A DNA stretch of 58,812 bases, the filler included, from Sphacelaria rigidula (taxonomy: Eukaryota), in assembly GCA_964200075.2 (NCBI GenBank). It is 6 parts of 6 records of this genome, joined end to end, with 100 filler letters (N's around TTAATTAATTAA, not from the genome) between each part and the next. Parts side by side here need not be neighbours in the genome. Positions count along the whole stretch, not along the records: positions 9,821 to 19,540 come from CAXNAA020007902.1; positions 19,641 to 29,360 come from CAXNAA020007903.1; 4 more parts are not named here. One strand, given 5' to 3'. Positions 11,896 to 24,320 of this stretch are shown piece by piece. The position numbers and the translations under genes were made by a program. The stretch's first letter is position 1; the number at the start of each line of letters is the position of its first letter. The notes under the pieces are model-generated. The model worked only from the letters and a program-made list of their open reading frames with translations, ran no database searches and was not told the origin of the DNA.

Positions 11896-13139
11896 CACTT
11901 GCAGGCCAGCCTCAACATGCCCTTTTTCATTGCTGTACCGCAGCAAAAACACTCAAGCCTCTCTCATGTGTTGGAGCTTCCACTGTCCGTTCTGTTGTGA
12001 AGTGTTCACGCACTGCGAAGGCGGTTTGGATTGCATGGGCTGCGATATTGTCGTTGTGTTCGTCTTTCCAGAAAACAATATCAGTCAGCACGCAGTGCTG
12101 GCTGCACACGATTGAAAGCTTCATGGGTGTGTTGACTGTTTCCTCTTCGGTGAGACGAGCAGCGCGCTGTCCGTTGCTGCGACACTCCTGCTGGTGCCGT
12201 GTGTTTGGCGCCCTGTACTGTACCTTACTACTGTGTTGTGTTCAGTGTACTATACCGTACTATTATATTCATGATTCTGTATCGTGTTGGAACACTACGA
12301 GATTAGACCGCACGAACACTAGGTTGGGCTATTATATGTGTATGTACACAAGCAGCAGCGCTTTTCTCGACATAATTTCTTATTATGGGAGGTACGACAA
12401 CTGTTTTCACTCTCGTCCCCCATGTTACCAACGCAGCAAAGCCTTGGGTGTAAAGATGGTATGTCTTCACTTCCGCGGCGATACCCCGAAGCGTAGGTCC
12501 CAAGACACAGGCAGCAGGGAAAACATCCTGGTTTATTTTAAAATCCTGCCATTTAGCAGGATTCTTGAATAAACCAGGATGGATTTTCATCTAAGATGCA
12601 GCTGAAATTCCCGGATTTTCCTGTAGTGATGACTCACGGAACATCGAAGTTTTGCTTTCCAAGGAAAGGTCGCGAACTTATTTTTCAACTTTCAATCATA
12701 GGGACCGGAATACATGACGTGGCGATGCGTATTACACCAATAGTTGGTGAAACTGTCAAATGAAAGGTGTTCTTCATCGTTCTTCACCGTTCTTGGCGCC
12801 CCTTTACGTCATAAACCGGGAAGGATCTTCCTCAGATTCATTTGTAGAATCCTCGTTGTCATTTCGGGATCTCCGTTGAGTTATCTCAAACTCGTAGTCC
12901 AGGACATCCTGGACTATTCGTCCGATGATCCAGGATCGCCGAGTTTGAGATACCTCTAATAGGCGGTACGGAGGTGTATCGACATTTCAAAGGGAACCAA
13001 AACCGTGTGAGCTTCGTGCGACATTACTCTATTTTCGTTCTCGGCTCCCGGGCCCCTTTTCTTTGATCGTCAAAGCGCCACAGCATTGCATACCGCCGAG
13101 GTGAGGAAGAAGTGCTACTACTATTATGGTCTCTGTAGC

Positions 13140-14597
13140 AAATATTTGTTGCATCACCATCCCTTCATCCAGCACACACTGGACAAAAGATTCCGTTGTC
13201 CAAAAGTGTACTGTGGTGGACAGTATCGACTATTGGGTTTATTGCAATATACTATATATCCCATGCTGTACGCGGTACACGTTTTGACAATGTAATCTCT
13301 TGTCCAGGGTGTATCATCGACAACTTGACCTTTGCCCATTCCGGCTTGTAGGCAACACTTGCAAACCGTGGTGTAATAGTACAATGGCACATCCATGGCT
13401 TGAGATTTCGACGGTCAAGGTGCGGAAACACTTTCGAGGGGCCAGCGTTGTGGTTCGAGAAGTGTCGTGTCCCAATTTTACGGTTTCGCCCCATTCGAAA
13501 TCCACCGCAAAGCTAACTATGAGTAGAAAGCGCATGCACTCATATCCCGTGTTTCAAATGCATCATATATATTTATGACAAGGATTGCACGAGACCGACT
13601 ACCTTTTGGGGCGGTACGGTACTGTACTGTCCAGTACCCTAAACCGAATTTATTGTTGCGATGACTACTGGGTATCGTTTTGCGAAAAGCAGCACACGCT
13701 CTCACTCATAAGCACTAGACCGGAGGCGGCGTACACCTGTTTTTTAACAGTGTTGAGTGGACGCCATTGTGCTTCAGTTGCGTCGGCTGCTAACGCGTGC
13801 GCCCTGCTTGCTGTTCACACTCCATGGCAAAAGAGCTCACAAAAAATCGCTTCATCTCTGAAGCCCCTTTACAATCGTTTGGTTTTTGTACTAGTTTCGG
13901 AACGGCACACTGCCGGCCGATTTGATTGCACGACGCAGTTGTTGGCGTACCGTGATTGAAGCTGCCAATTTTGGCCATGAAGTTCTCGACGAGTGTTTCG
14001 AGATTCGGAGAGCTGTTCGGTGCTCTGTTTCCGTGCGAAATTGCTCTGGGAATGCCGGACCCGATGCTTAGTGCTGCAGAGCGGCTTCAAGCCGAGAGTA
14101 GAATGCCGTTTGAACAAAGTCCCAAATGATTTATCCCTTCCCGCCAAATTTTCTTCAACAGCGCCCAGCTACATGCTCCAGCCCTCCCTAGCGGTGCCGG
14201 CGTACGAAAGCGTTGAAACAGGTGGCAGCGCGCCACGTGTCGCCCGTAGCGATATCTTCAGCACCAAACTCTCCGTTCTAATGTTCATGATAATACTTGT
14301 CGAAGCTTTTCGAAGCAGGCACTCCCCGCCCGGGTCGGAGACGGAGGAAGATCGTAGTGAAATATGGAAAAAAAATAGTGGGTACTCTTTCTTTTCCTCT
14401 GTTTTCATCGCCAAAATATCCACACCGTATATCATGCCTAGCTGTCCCTCTAGAGGTACAAGGGTAAAACCCTGCGACTCGTATTGCTTTGGCTGGAGAT
14501 CGTGGCTCTCGAGTTTGGCTCTCTTCCTCTTTGACCTCGCTTGTTGAGTGAGTCGATGGACCCTGCCTCCAGTACCCCGAATGGTCTCATATGGCAT
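13140..14597 (-). mobile_element. Decayed transposase-like relic with Cys clusters (possibly a KDZ CxC region)
   Basis: Broken minus frames give VPLYYYTTVCKCC and LLDNGIFCPVCAG*RDGDATNI, reminiscent of the CxC plus FxCPxC...D region of KDZ transposases. Many stops and frameshifts. Confidence 0.3.
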
Positions 14598-14609
14598 CGG
14601 AACTTGGAG

Positions 14610-14836
14610 GGCTAGCAGTAGTCTTTTTTCTTTCCTCTTTTTTTTTTAGTATTTTTTTTTCTTTTGTATTGCATCTGTGTGAATGGTTTCTGGGTCCCAT
14701 ATATTTGATGATTTTTCTTTTACCCTAGCTTGGGGTAATTAGCCTGTGACCACGGAAGGCGTCCGCGTCAGATGCCCAGTACAGAGTACTGCGCAGATAT
14801 CGCGACGGTTTTAATATCAAGACAACAACAACAACA
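14610..14836 (+). mobile_element. 5'-truncated RTE LINE 3' UTR with short (AAC)n tail
   Basis: GCCTGTGACCACGGAAGGCGTCCGCGTCAGATGCCCAGTAC...CTGCGCAG matches the reverse complement of 1-60 and 19000-19050, and ends in ACAACAACAACAAC. Confidence 0.8.
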
Positions 14837-16097
14837 TATCAGCCTCGATCCAAGTGTGGTAGTGGAGAGCAGTGAGAAGCTGACTTCGCCGCTGAAATAC
14901 AAATATTATTGTATTGGCATTCGGTCCTGTATCGACGGCATCGGAAGAAAGGAGCCTTCTACGAGGTTCACCCAAACATGCTCGAAGTGCATCCATCACA
15001 CTGTCCTCTCCGGTTCCATGACTGCCCCCGTGTTGCCAAGGAGTCGTTGTTTGTGTATATGGCAGCGGCACGATTGTGGTAGCCGACCGCACATCGCTTG
15101 TAGTCCATGATTGATAGATGGGTTTGATTGATCAACTAATTCATTGTCGCACGCTGATAAATCCCCGAGGAATCCATTGTCACCACAAGATGAATGTGCT
15201 CAAGGTCAACAAAACGGCAGTGCTTGCTACAGTAAAGTACTCTCGAGAAAGGTGAAGATGAAGGAAATACAAAACAGAGTATTCTGAAAAATGAGAAACA
15301 AGATAACTTGGAACCAAGAAGGGGGGAAAGCAAAGCGATAGGAAGGAGAAACAGAGGAAAACGGAAAGATGGACCCTTTACTGGTCCCGTGAAACAGTAA
15401 ACACAGCAATAATAAGGGAAAATATACGAATTGTCGGGCGGTGCTGCATCCCTTCAGGTGAGAAGGCAGCACACAATGAAAGCGAGCATGGTACGTAAAC
15501 GCGTAAGTCGTGCATTGTCTTCAAACAGTAAACACAAGGAGGGATAGCTGTCGCCCCGACTGGTGTCTACCCGTCTGTCCGTCTGTTGGTGGATATACCT
15601 GTCGGTAGATATACCTGTGTACACCCGAAGAGGAGCATGCAGTTGATTTTGGTGCGAAAAATCAATATCGGTATGTATTCATTTGAGCTTCCTTGCGGTG
15701 AAGGGTTGGATTATGCTGTTGCCCACTTCCTCTCCTGGACCACCGAGAATCAGCGACGCGATGCTGGGGTCACATTAATCTCAGACCTGCTGCTTCATTT
15801 GAGATGTTATGAATTAGTGTAGGACAGTTGGAAGAAGGCCCAAGCGCAGGACAGAAACACATCGTATTCGCTTCGTTCAAGGCGCAGGAGGCGGCGATTC
15901 GAGATGAAGGGGGCGGCCACGCTAGCTCGTAGCAGAGTGTGGACATGAAGAACACACAAGACACAAATCACGAAGTCAAACGAAGAGGTCACTTTTCGAA
16001 ATTGTCAAGAAGTGGTAAATACTACTCCCTAAATGTCAGGTGTCTGCTCATGGTTCTGCTGCCCTTTTCAATGCGGATCTGTTCGATGCCATTTCAG

Positions 16098-16564
16098 GCT
16101 ATCCTGAGGAAGCTGAGTATGACCAAGGCATTGACAGCCAGGGACATCTTGTGGGTGTTGACGGTGCCTGTCTGCTGCTCGCCGGCTGCATCGGAGTTCA
16201 TGCGATACTGCGCGCGTGGAGCTGGATTGATCGAAAGCGAAAACGACGACGAGGTTTGTAAAATAAAACCCATCTTATTTTTTATCATGTCACACGACGT
16301 CCTCGCTGCTTGTGGTCGCTTGCGAGACATGAGGGCAATTGAACGTTCCCTGTTCCAGCAGTACTATGGCAAGGTACCCTGCGTGTTGACGTAAGAAGTC
16401 TCCAGGAGATTGGACATGATTTAAGTCGCTGGTACCGACGGTGTGTGAGTCGCCGTTGTCTCTTGTCCTACACTTAACAGGCGCTGGTACTGTGCTTGGA
16501 GCCTATCGCTGCCTGCTTGTCGCTCGGGCCTTCCTTGAACTGGAGGGAGAACGAAAAGTACCTG
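16098..16564 (+). CDS. HSPA12-like Hsp70 family protein, two internal exons (16098-16253, 16481-16564); partial gene or pseudogene
   Basis: Phase-0 exons with tttcag/GTTTGT and taacag/GTGAGC boundaries. They join to DILWVLTVPVCCSPAASEFMRYCARGAGLIESENDDE-ALVLCLEPIAACLS...KYL, matching the HSPA12-type WVxTVPAxW..AK.FMR.AA..AGL...LxxALEPEAA motif. Confidence 0.75.
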
Positions 16565-18903
16565 GTGAGCACCTCCGTGAGCAGGGCTGACCGCCCCGAG
16601 CACTGGCGTATCGCCTGTTTTTGCGGTGTTCACGTGCTGTGCTATCACAAAAACGCAATAGCATCAATCGCCTCTTGAGCTTGTTCTTCATGTGATGTAT
16701 GTCTAGCAGCAGTAAGGGCTGCTGACAACACTGCGAACCCCAAGCTTCTGACTTTGTCGGTGTTACGCGAGGCTTATTAACCTGTCGAAAGATATATGTG
16801 GCTGTCGTGGCTTGTGTATCACACACAACGTTCGACTGTCAATTCGACAGGAACACGGTTCACCAAGTGAACCCAGCTCTGACAACAGAGCTCGCAGAGG
16901 CTGCACAGTGTCGGTTAAAACACTGGCTCGTGCGATGAGAAAGATATGGTTGGGTGAGTTTGCCGCTTCACCTGGGCATTACTCAAATTAAACACATAAA
17001 ATACTCGGTTACTTAGTAACGCAGAAACCAATAAGAAGCTGATAGGCTTGCTTGAGGCGGGTCGCTTTGGAGAGTAAATAGCGTGGGGCTATTTCACTCT
17101 CCTGACAAAACTCTTGGACATTGTAAAACTGTTTATCCAAACTGTTGATACCTTCGACTCTTCGTACTCAACCCTTCAATATTCTGACAATATGCTGACT
17201 CTCTGTACACGAGGTATACAGTACATGAGTTATTCAGTATTCTACGATGGATACCTTACACACTGCACTACTTCGTTTATTCCGACGATCTGTATTCTAA
17301 CGATGAACCGTAATTGGTTGTGCCGCCAATCTCGAGTACATATTTTCGGAACTGTTATTTCTCAACTTCCAACACGCCCTTCGAAATGATATTTCGAATA
17401 TATATAGAAGGGAAGAACATACTCATTCTTGTCCAACGCGTATACTGTACTCAACTTGTACTTTATCGTACGCTACTGTACCTTACTGTACGCTACTGTA
17501 CTCTACTGTACTTCATTCATGCCTTCCTCCATAAAAAAATCGAATTATCGTATCTACTTCGTTGATGTCGAAGTTGCTGTCCTCTGTTCTTGGTCTTTAC
17601 TCGATCGTTGTTACACTACGCGTCGTTGATGATGCTTATTTTCTACCATTTACTACTCTACGTTATACCTACAATATTAGTCCGTTGGATTTTTGTCTCT
17701 TGCTTCTTGGTGCTGACGTCTTCGCTGCTGTTCATGACGATCGAATGCTTCTCGGATCTGTCCTTGGTCCGTAATTCCTTGTCGCTGGAAATTGACGATC
17801 CTGCTGCTTGTATTACTGGGGGTGGTTTGGAGATGAGAACATTGCGCGATCGTGCCTCTTCTATTTCACGAACATGCGTATTCTCCTTGCTGCTGATGTA
17901 CGCAGGCGATATTACCGATCTACTGTTCAGGTTCACAGGTGACTGAATTGGTTTTCTGTTATTACTCGCCAAACATGCCTTCTTCTGCCTATCATTCCGA
18001 ACTTGTTTGCCTAATAGTGAATCTACTACACCCTTGATCCCCAGTATCTCTTTAATATACGCTGCTTTTTGTCGTGAAGATGACTGCTGTTGTTGTTGCC
18101 TCTTACTGTGCTGGTGAAAATCGTTATTTTTCTTACTTGTAGAGTTGTATCTTCTCTTATTCTGATCTACTGTCTTGGACTTGATCGATGATATCTTACT
18201 TTTACTGCTCTTTTTCTGCTTCCTACGCGAATCTTGGTCTACTTTTGCTCTCCCATTGACTAGCAAAGCTGTGCCTACGCCCATTGGTTTTCCCGATACT
18301 ACTACTGTAATTGTTAGCGCTGAGCTACTTGAATTACGCTCATGGATGATTTTCATGCTTATACTCCTTCATATCCCGTTGTCATCAACATTCATTGGAA
18401 CTGGAAAATTTCAGAAGTCTACATGTGGATCTGCTAAAAAAATAGTATTCACGCCCTTCTTGAGTGCTTCCCAAGGCGAAAATAAATGTTTCCTCAGTTT
18501 GGTACTACGATGCCTGGTAAACGAACTGACCGCTCATAGCCATGGGTATCTATCCCTATCGTGTGTATAACTCATTTACCTGTTCCCTTCAGCAGGTGTC
18601 CTCCTGCTGTTCGTACACTTATTAGGGGACTAAACTTGACATAATCTGACATTTCCCGCTCTATACCAGGTAGTAAATTACTGTCCACGCATTGGGTGGC
18701 TGTCCCTGAGGCGATTATTACTGAAAACGATGTTGACATGGCTACTTTTCTACTGCTATTATCTGTAGGCTCTGTGAGAAAGGTGAATCCTATCCCGAAT
18801 CATTTACCACTTGTGTCGACGATGCACTTGTATGAAGAGCATTTGTGGGGTCTGCATACGTACTTGTGTCCAGGGTAACTGTGTTTACTGGCTTATTATA
18901 TGG

Positions 18904-18904
<1 letters not shown>

Positions 18905-18966
<62 letters not shown>

Positions 18967-19540
18967 ATTGTCTTCAGATTAAAAAGTCGTTCCGGTATCT
19001 GCGCAGTGCTGTACTGGGCATCTGACTCGGGCGTCTTCCGTGGTCACAGGCCACCACTCCATGTTGGGGTAAAAGGAAAATCAGGGAATAATAAAAAGAT
19101 GAAGAAAGAAGAAACCTATCCTTGGGCCTCTGAAAGGACAGCTATGCGTATGCATAAACTAGACAAACCAGAAAGGGCGTCACATGACACCGCCCACCGC
19201 CTCGGAGGGAGGGGTGCATCGGATTCAGCAGTTTGTAGCTTCCATCCTCTCCCTACTCTCCTTGAGACTCCCGTTTCAGTGCACGTAGTCGGCTGGCCTC
19301 TTTTTCGGTCCTGTGCCAAGAGGTCATGAACCTCTCCGCTCCCTGTAATACCCCCGCGTGCCATGATATATCTTTCTTTGCTGCAGAAGGCCAGAGTGCA
19401 CTTTTAACTCCGAAAGTCAATCGCTTGTCGTCCGTGAACCCGTTCGTGGCTCCGAAGGCTTGGAAATCATCCCGCAGGCACTTCAGCTAGTTTTGCTCGG
19501 GGCACCCCGGCCCTAGATCCTCCCCTCCCGCTAGTGTTCC
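18905..19540 (-). mobile_element. RTE LINE 3' end with (AAC)n tail (GTT run 18905-18970), cut by the contig end
   Basis: 19281-19540 is collinear with 533-800, and 19000-19050 with 1-55. The (GTT)n run lies directly beyond the element terminus. Confidence 0.88.
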
Positions 19541-19711
19541 NNNNNNNNNNNNNNNNNNNNNNNNNNNNNNNNNNNNNNNNNNNNTTAATTAATTAANNNN
19601 NNNNNNNNNNNNNNNNNNNNNNNNNNNNNNNNNNNNNNNNAGAATGAGGTTTTCGGGAAATTGGGGGGGTGAACACCGTTTTCCAGTCTGTAGGGCCCCT
19701 TGCTGATACAC

Positions 19712-19945
19712 TTGTAACGTTCGAAATACGTGTAACGTGTTTAAGACGCTACACGTTCCATGAAACGTTTCACATCACGTGTTTTGAACCTTTGAGCAAT
19801 TTAATGTGCACGTTACGTTTCGTTTGGCACGTTAAAAAAAACAATGTTACGTTAACGTTCCATTTGAATATTTAACAGTTACGTTACGTTTCGGCCAAAA
19901 CGTAAGGTGAGCGTCACGTGTAACGCTGTGGCACGTGTAACGTGC
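19712..19945. repeat. ACGT/AACGTT/ACGTTAC-rich tract (probable subterminal repeats of a non-autonomous DNA transposon)
   Basis: More than 15 ACGT cores in about 230 bp. Confidence 0.55.
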
Positions 19946-21190
19946 AGAGCTTTGCATATTTTAGCGCACCGAACAGTGGCGAAACGATGGTCGTATACTT
20001 CCGAGCTCTTCTAGCAAGGTCCACCCACTGAAAAAGACGCCGTGTGTACCCTCAAGCGTGTGTGCATCCTGATGCACTCTCTACCTGTGTGCACCCATGG
20101 ATAATGGCAAACGCAACACGCGGCTTCCATTTGCCGCGTGTTCACCTCAACCGTGGTCGCATTTTTCCAGGCAGGGTCTCTGCTTGCTTCTGTGGGTCCT
20201 GCGCACAGTACCGTACTCGACAAATAGCGCTGACCGCTAGTATTAGTACCGCTGTACTGTCACCAATGGGGAACACTTGTACAGTAAGTGTACAACGCGC
20301 GCGGTACGCAGCTGGGCCAGTTGTTGTACAAGCTACGAGCTGGGCCAGCCAAGAGTACCCTACTGGCGGTGGGTCACGCGCAGCTCATTTTTAATGGTTA
20401 TTGGCTGAATTTTGACCCGATATTTATACTATCAATACGCGGAAGATATCCGAAGCAACAAAATAAGAAATAAAACAGTCAGATAGAGCGATTTAAGATT
20501 TCAGCAAACAACGAATAATGTCTAGACTCCATGAATAACACAAGAACCGAGGGTCGACGCAGTCAATTTTTTTTCACTTTCGTGCAGAAGATCCTTGTAC
20601 AATTTCGGTCAAAAAATCCTAAATTCGACTGCGCGTGCAACTTCTTGTGTCACATAGCTTCCCAATAGTCCAAGTGATCCAGACTTCTCCAGTTCTGGAG
20701 GCCATGAGTTTGACTCCCGACATATACTTGTTTTTTCACAGAATCTGGTTCCGTCGTGGAGGCTATATATTATGCAGTACCTGTTTTTTTTCGAGCAGAG
20801 CTTGCATCACCAGGTTGATCTGCAGTTCACAAAGATATTGTATACTTCCATTGGGCTGATTTGGGAAACTGAAGAAGTTGTTGTGTTTTGGGGCATGCAC
20901 GTTCCACGGCTGGTCCAGCTCGTACTCGATACCAAGTGGGGCACTACAGCTATCCTGTTCTGCAGAATCGAGTAGTGGATCTGCTGCTGTAGGATCACCA
21001 GTGTTGAGTGCCAGCGGTCAACAACATGCTGTGCCCAGTGTGTGATTTGGATGGTGTGTGTACAGCATGGAAAATTAGGCCTCCGGTCGTGTCGGCGCGC
21101 AGCCTATCTGGTCGAGGCCCCACTCTACTAGAAATACAAACGCTATGCTTTGGAAGTTCTGGCCGTCCTGTATCACCGTTTATGGTGTAG

Positions 21191-21799
21191 ACCCAACAAT
21201 TTCACGAGCAGTGTCGTCCATCTGCACCTCGTACTACCATGACACTCCAGGTTCGAGCTACGAGACCACCCCAGCGGCGACTGCGCAAGAGCGTAAACAA
21301 ACGCGAGCAAGCGCATCCTTGCATGCGCTTGACCGCGGAGATATGGGATGCCTCATGGCTCCGGTGGATATGACGAGAGCGATGGGAGGGCTACTGCGGA
21401 ATCACCAGAGCGAGTTTGAAATGCAGGTATCATGTCTCAGTTCAAGGCAACTTACCACGGCAACGGCACTCCGGCTACGATGCGTGTTCTCTCTAAAAAA
21501 AATGCAGCCTAGGATGAAGTCCAATAACCATGTTTGTGCCTTTTAGTTGTCGACCGGCTAATAGCCGGGGTCTCAAGAGCGAGAACCACGCAAAAACCCG
21601 AGAGTGACCGGCATGCATATGGCAATGCATGGACTGCTTGCTGCTGGCCCAATCTGCGAGACCCCGTTGCAACTTGCGACAGGAAACCATTCTTTGCAGC
21701 GTGGGGTACGACACTTCAGCACAGGTCATCATGGCCTACCGTGCTGCGCTGGATCTTCGACCGTTCATGGATGACAAATACCTTGAGCAACTGAGAGAG
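21191..21799 (+). CDS. Two putative exons (about 21191-21426, 21683-21799) of an unidentified protein
   Basis: Donors CAG/GTATCA and GAG/GTGAGG, acceptor cgacag/GAA. The phase-0 join reads GGLLRNHQSEFEMQ-ETILCSVGYDTSAQVIMAYRAALDLRPFMDDKYLEQLRE. The first acceptor is uncertain. Confidence 0.45.
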
Positions 21800-23963
21800 G
21801 TGAGGTGCAGGCGACGCTGCAGCCTTCGGACGGCAAGGGCCACACATGCCAACGCCTGAAGTACGTACAACTTTTGAGTTTCTTGCTCAGGCTTTGCTCG
21901 CCAGTCGTGATGTTTCCAGCGGATTTGATTTGTTCTCTGACAAGTTCTTCTGAACCCCAGGGTTATGTTGAAGTACTGAGCACTTTGATAAATGTGTCAC
22001 TAATCCGCACGCCGACGAACTGGGGCTCGAAACTGTACTGTCTTGATTGTCATGAAGCGCCCATGAACGATATTGATGTGCTCCCATCCAGCTTTTTGTT
22101 ATTTCTATCATTGAGCATGCCCGCGGCATTTTGCGGACTTGCGACTTGGAGAAGTCGGGTAGCTAATCGAGAGGCTTGTGCAAACTGACTGGATGAGGTA
22201 CGAGGAAGCACGGGATGGATGGTTGCACCATCATGCCCCACAGTGGCATACAGACGTATCTGAAGATGCACGTAATTCGCGAGCATGCACCTGCATACAG
22301 CATAGATTAAAACACCTATCGAAACAAGAATGAGCAATTGGACCTTTAAAGAGGCACATGATCATTCCACAAACACACGATGAAAAACGTGATGACGCAC
22401 GACAAACACAAACCCTTCATCATACAGCACTTTCGCATCCAAAGGAAGATTAGTTACTTGAAGCGCTGTATTCTCGAGGAAAGCTTCAGATATGTGGTAC
22501 GGCACTTGTCGATCTAGGGGAAAAAAAATAAAGAGTCGCGGGCATATACCTGCATACAGCGTGGATTGCCCGTTCTATATACACCTGGTTTTAGGACCGA
22601 CCATTACGTCCGGCTTGTTTAGTCAAACGTGAGAAGTCGACACGGGCGCCACCCAAGGAGGTGGGGTGTGGCCGAGGCTGAGCGTTTGCGTGACGGCTGT
22701 CTGTAGTCGTTGCCCATTTGAATTTCAAGAGGCATATGATATTTGATGACCTCATCACAACAACAGTGATGGCCGTACAGGCTAGACCGCCCAAGACGCG
22801 ACCAGGAATATGAACACGCGATTATACTGCTCAATTTTGGGTCGTTTTCAATGAAACGTTGACACGATGTACCGGACGCATGTGCCGAGACCCCATATTT
22901 CCTCCCCTACATTTGTTTTTCTTCTTGAGTTATTTGCGATTTAGTTCTGAAAAAGAATGGTTGTGAAATGTTTCGTCGCCGATAAGACCATCGTTCATGG
23001 CAGTTACCAATCTCGGTTTGTTCGATCGGAGGGAAACAAAATCGGGGTGTCACAATCTCAGAACGATTTCCCCCGATTTTTTCGAAAAATGGGGGGAAGT
23101 CGAGGGTCCCTCGGTGTTGAGGAGGTGACGTAACGCGCAGTGACGTACAGTGATGGGGTACGAGGCGTTTTTATTTTTGCAACCGCAGCAGAAGACAGTC
23201 CCGTGACAACGCAGAGCTTGCCTGCCCGCGCCAGCAGCTGAAGTAGCTTCGCACGGGGTTGACAAGCGGATCATGAGTGTCGACGCCGTACCCTGCTGCG
23301 ATGGTAATATTTTGCTGCGCTGCGCTGTCATATTTATCACTGTAACGATCGGTCCTGTACTACATTATCCTAGTCTGTCGTCGCTGTAGTTGCAGGGTGA
23401 TGTATGGCACTGCACCGTTGAACTCTTCTCGCGCACTGTTTGTTCATTGTTGTCGCCATATCGACTGTGCCATCATGTATTACCACACGGCATTATGATG
23501 TACTGTAATCATGGAGTGTCCTGCACTGTATTAACCTGGGAACCACGGTACGACACTGTTAGATACGTCGATCGGGGCCAAAACATGTAGTTTTTTTTTT
23601 CCAAAAGTGTGTCGGATCTTCCTGATGGAAAATCGCAAAAGCCGATGCTATGCGAAGGTTCCGCCCGGTCGATCGGCAAAGAAGCGAATGATCCACCCAG
23701 TCGGTCAGAAAAACAGCGCAGAAGGCTATCTGCACCCATGACATGCATACCTCCCTGCTGCATTGCATCGCCCGTACGGTCTGTTCATCATTCATTTTCG
23801 CGTCGAAACGGTGACAATGCAACACAGATGAACCACCCTGGGAATGCCCGTCTGTATAGGTCGAGACAAAACCGATCGAAAACGCACAGTACAGTACCGC
23901 AGTATAGTGGCTCATATTACAGTACGGTGTCGTCTTCTCTCTCCCCCCCGTTGCGTTCGTTCC

Positions 23964-24033
23964 TCGGTGCTCCGTCTCGAAAGGGATGCGTGGTCAATGG
24001 TCAAGCGACTAAGGCAAGCAACAACTGAGTACG
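23964..24033 (+). mobile_element. Short retroposon ending in TGAGTACG, flanked by a 19-bp TSD
   Basis: CCCCCGTTGCGTTCGTTCC is duplicated at 23945-23963 and 24034-24052; six more homologous copies occur in the window. Confidence 0.85.
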
Positions 24034-24252
24034 CCCCCGTTGCGTTCGTTCCGTGTGTCTTTGGGTATCACCAACTATCAGATCATACAAATTCCTTCAA
24101 CAGCGTCACCCCTTTCTGTCTCCAGTTACAAAATAAAGTCCTTGGACTGCGGTGGGCATTCATTTTTTGAAGTGCATATTACGCTCATGAAACGCAACTG
24201 ATCCATCCTGAGGTGACTGTCGTCTGTGTAAATAGACAAAGCCGAAGTGCAC

Positions 24253-24320
24253 CGTACAGCGCAGTACAACGCAGTACAGCACAGTACAACGCAGTACAGT
24301 ACAGCGCAGTACAGTACAGT
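24253..24320. repeat. (CAGTA/CAGCG)n pentamer microsatellite
   Basis: GTACAGCGCAGTACAACGCAGTACAGCACAGTAC... seen directly. Confidence 0.85.

Noticed and set aside
4150-14597. Single large interrupted transposon linking the two KDZ-like relics
   Set aside because: They lie on different contigs joined by an artificial linker and appear to overlap in motif content.
17658-18356. 232-aa K/S-rich ORF
   Set aside because: Low complexity with no domain; possibly decayed LTR-element sequence, but I cannot support a call.
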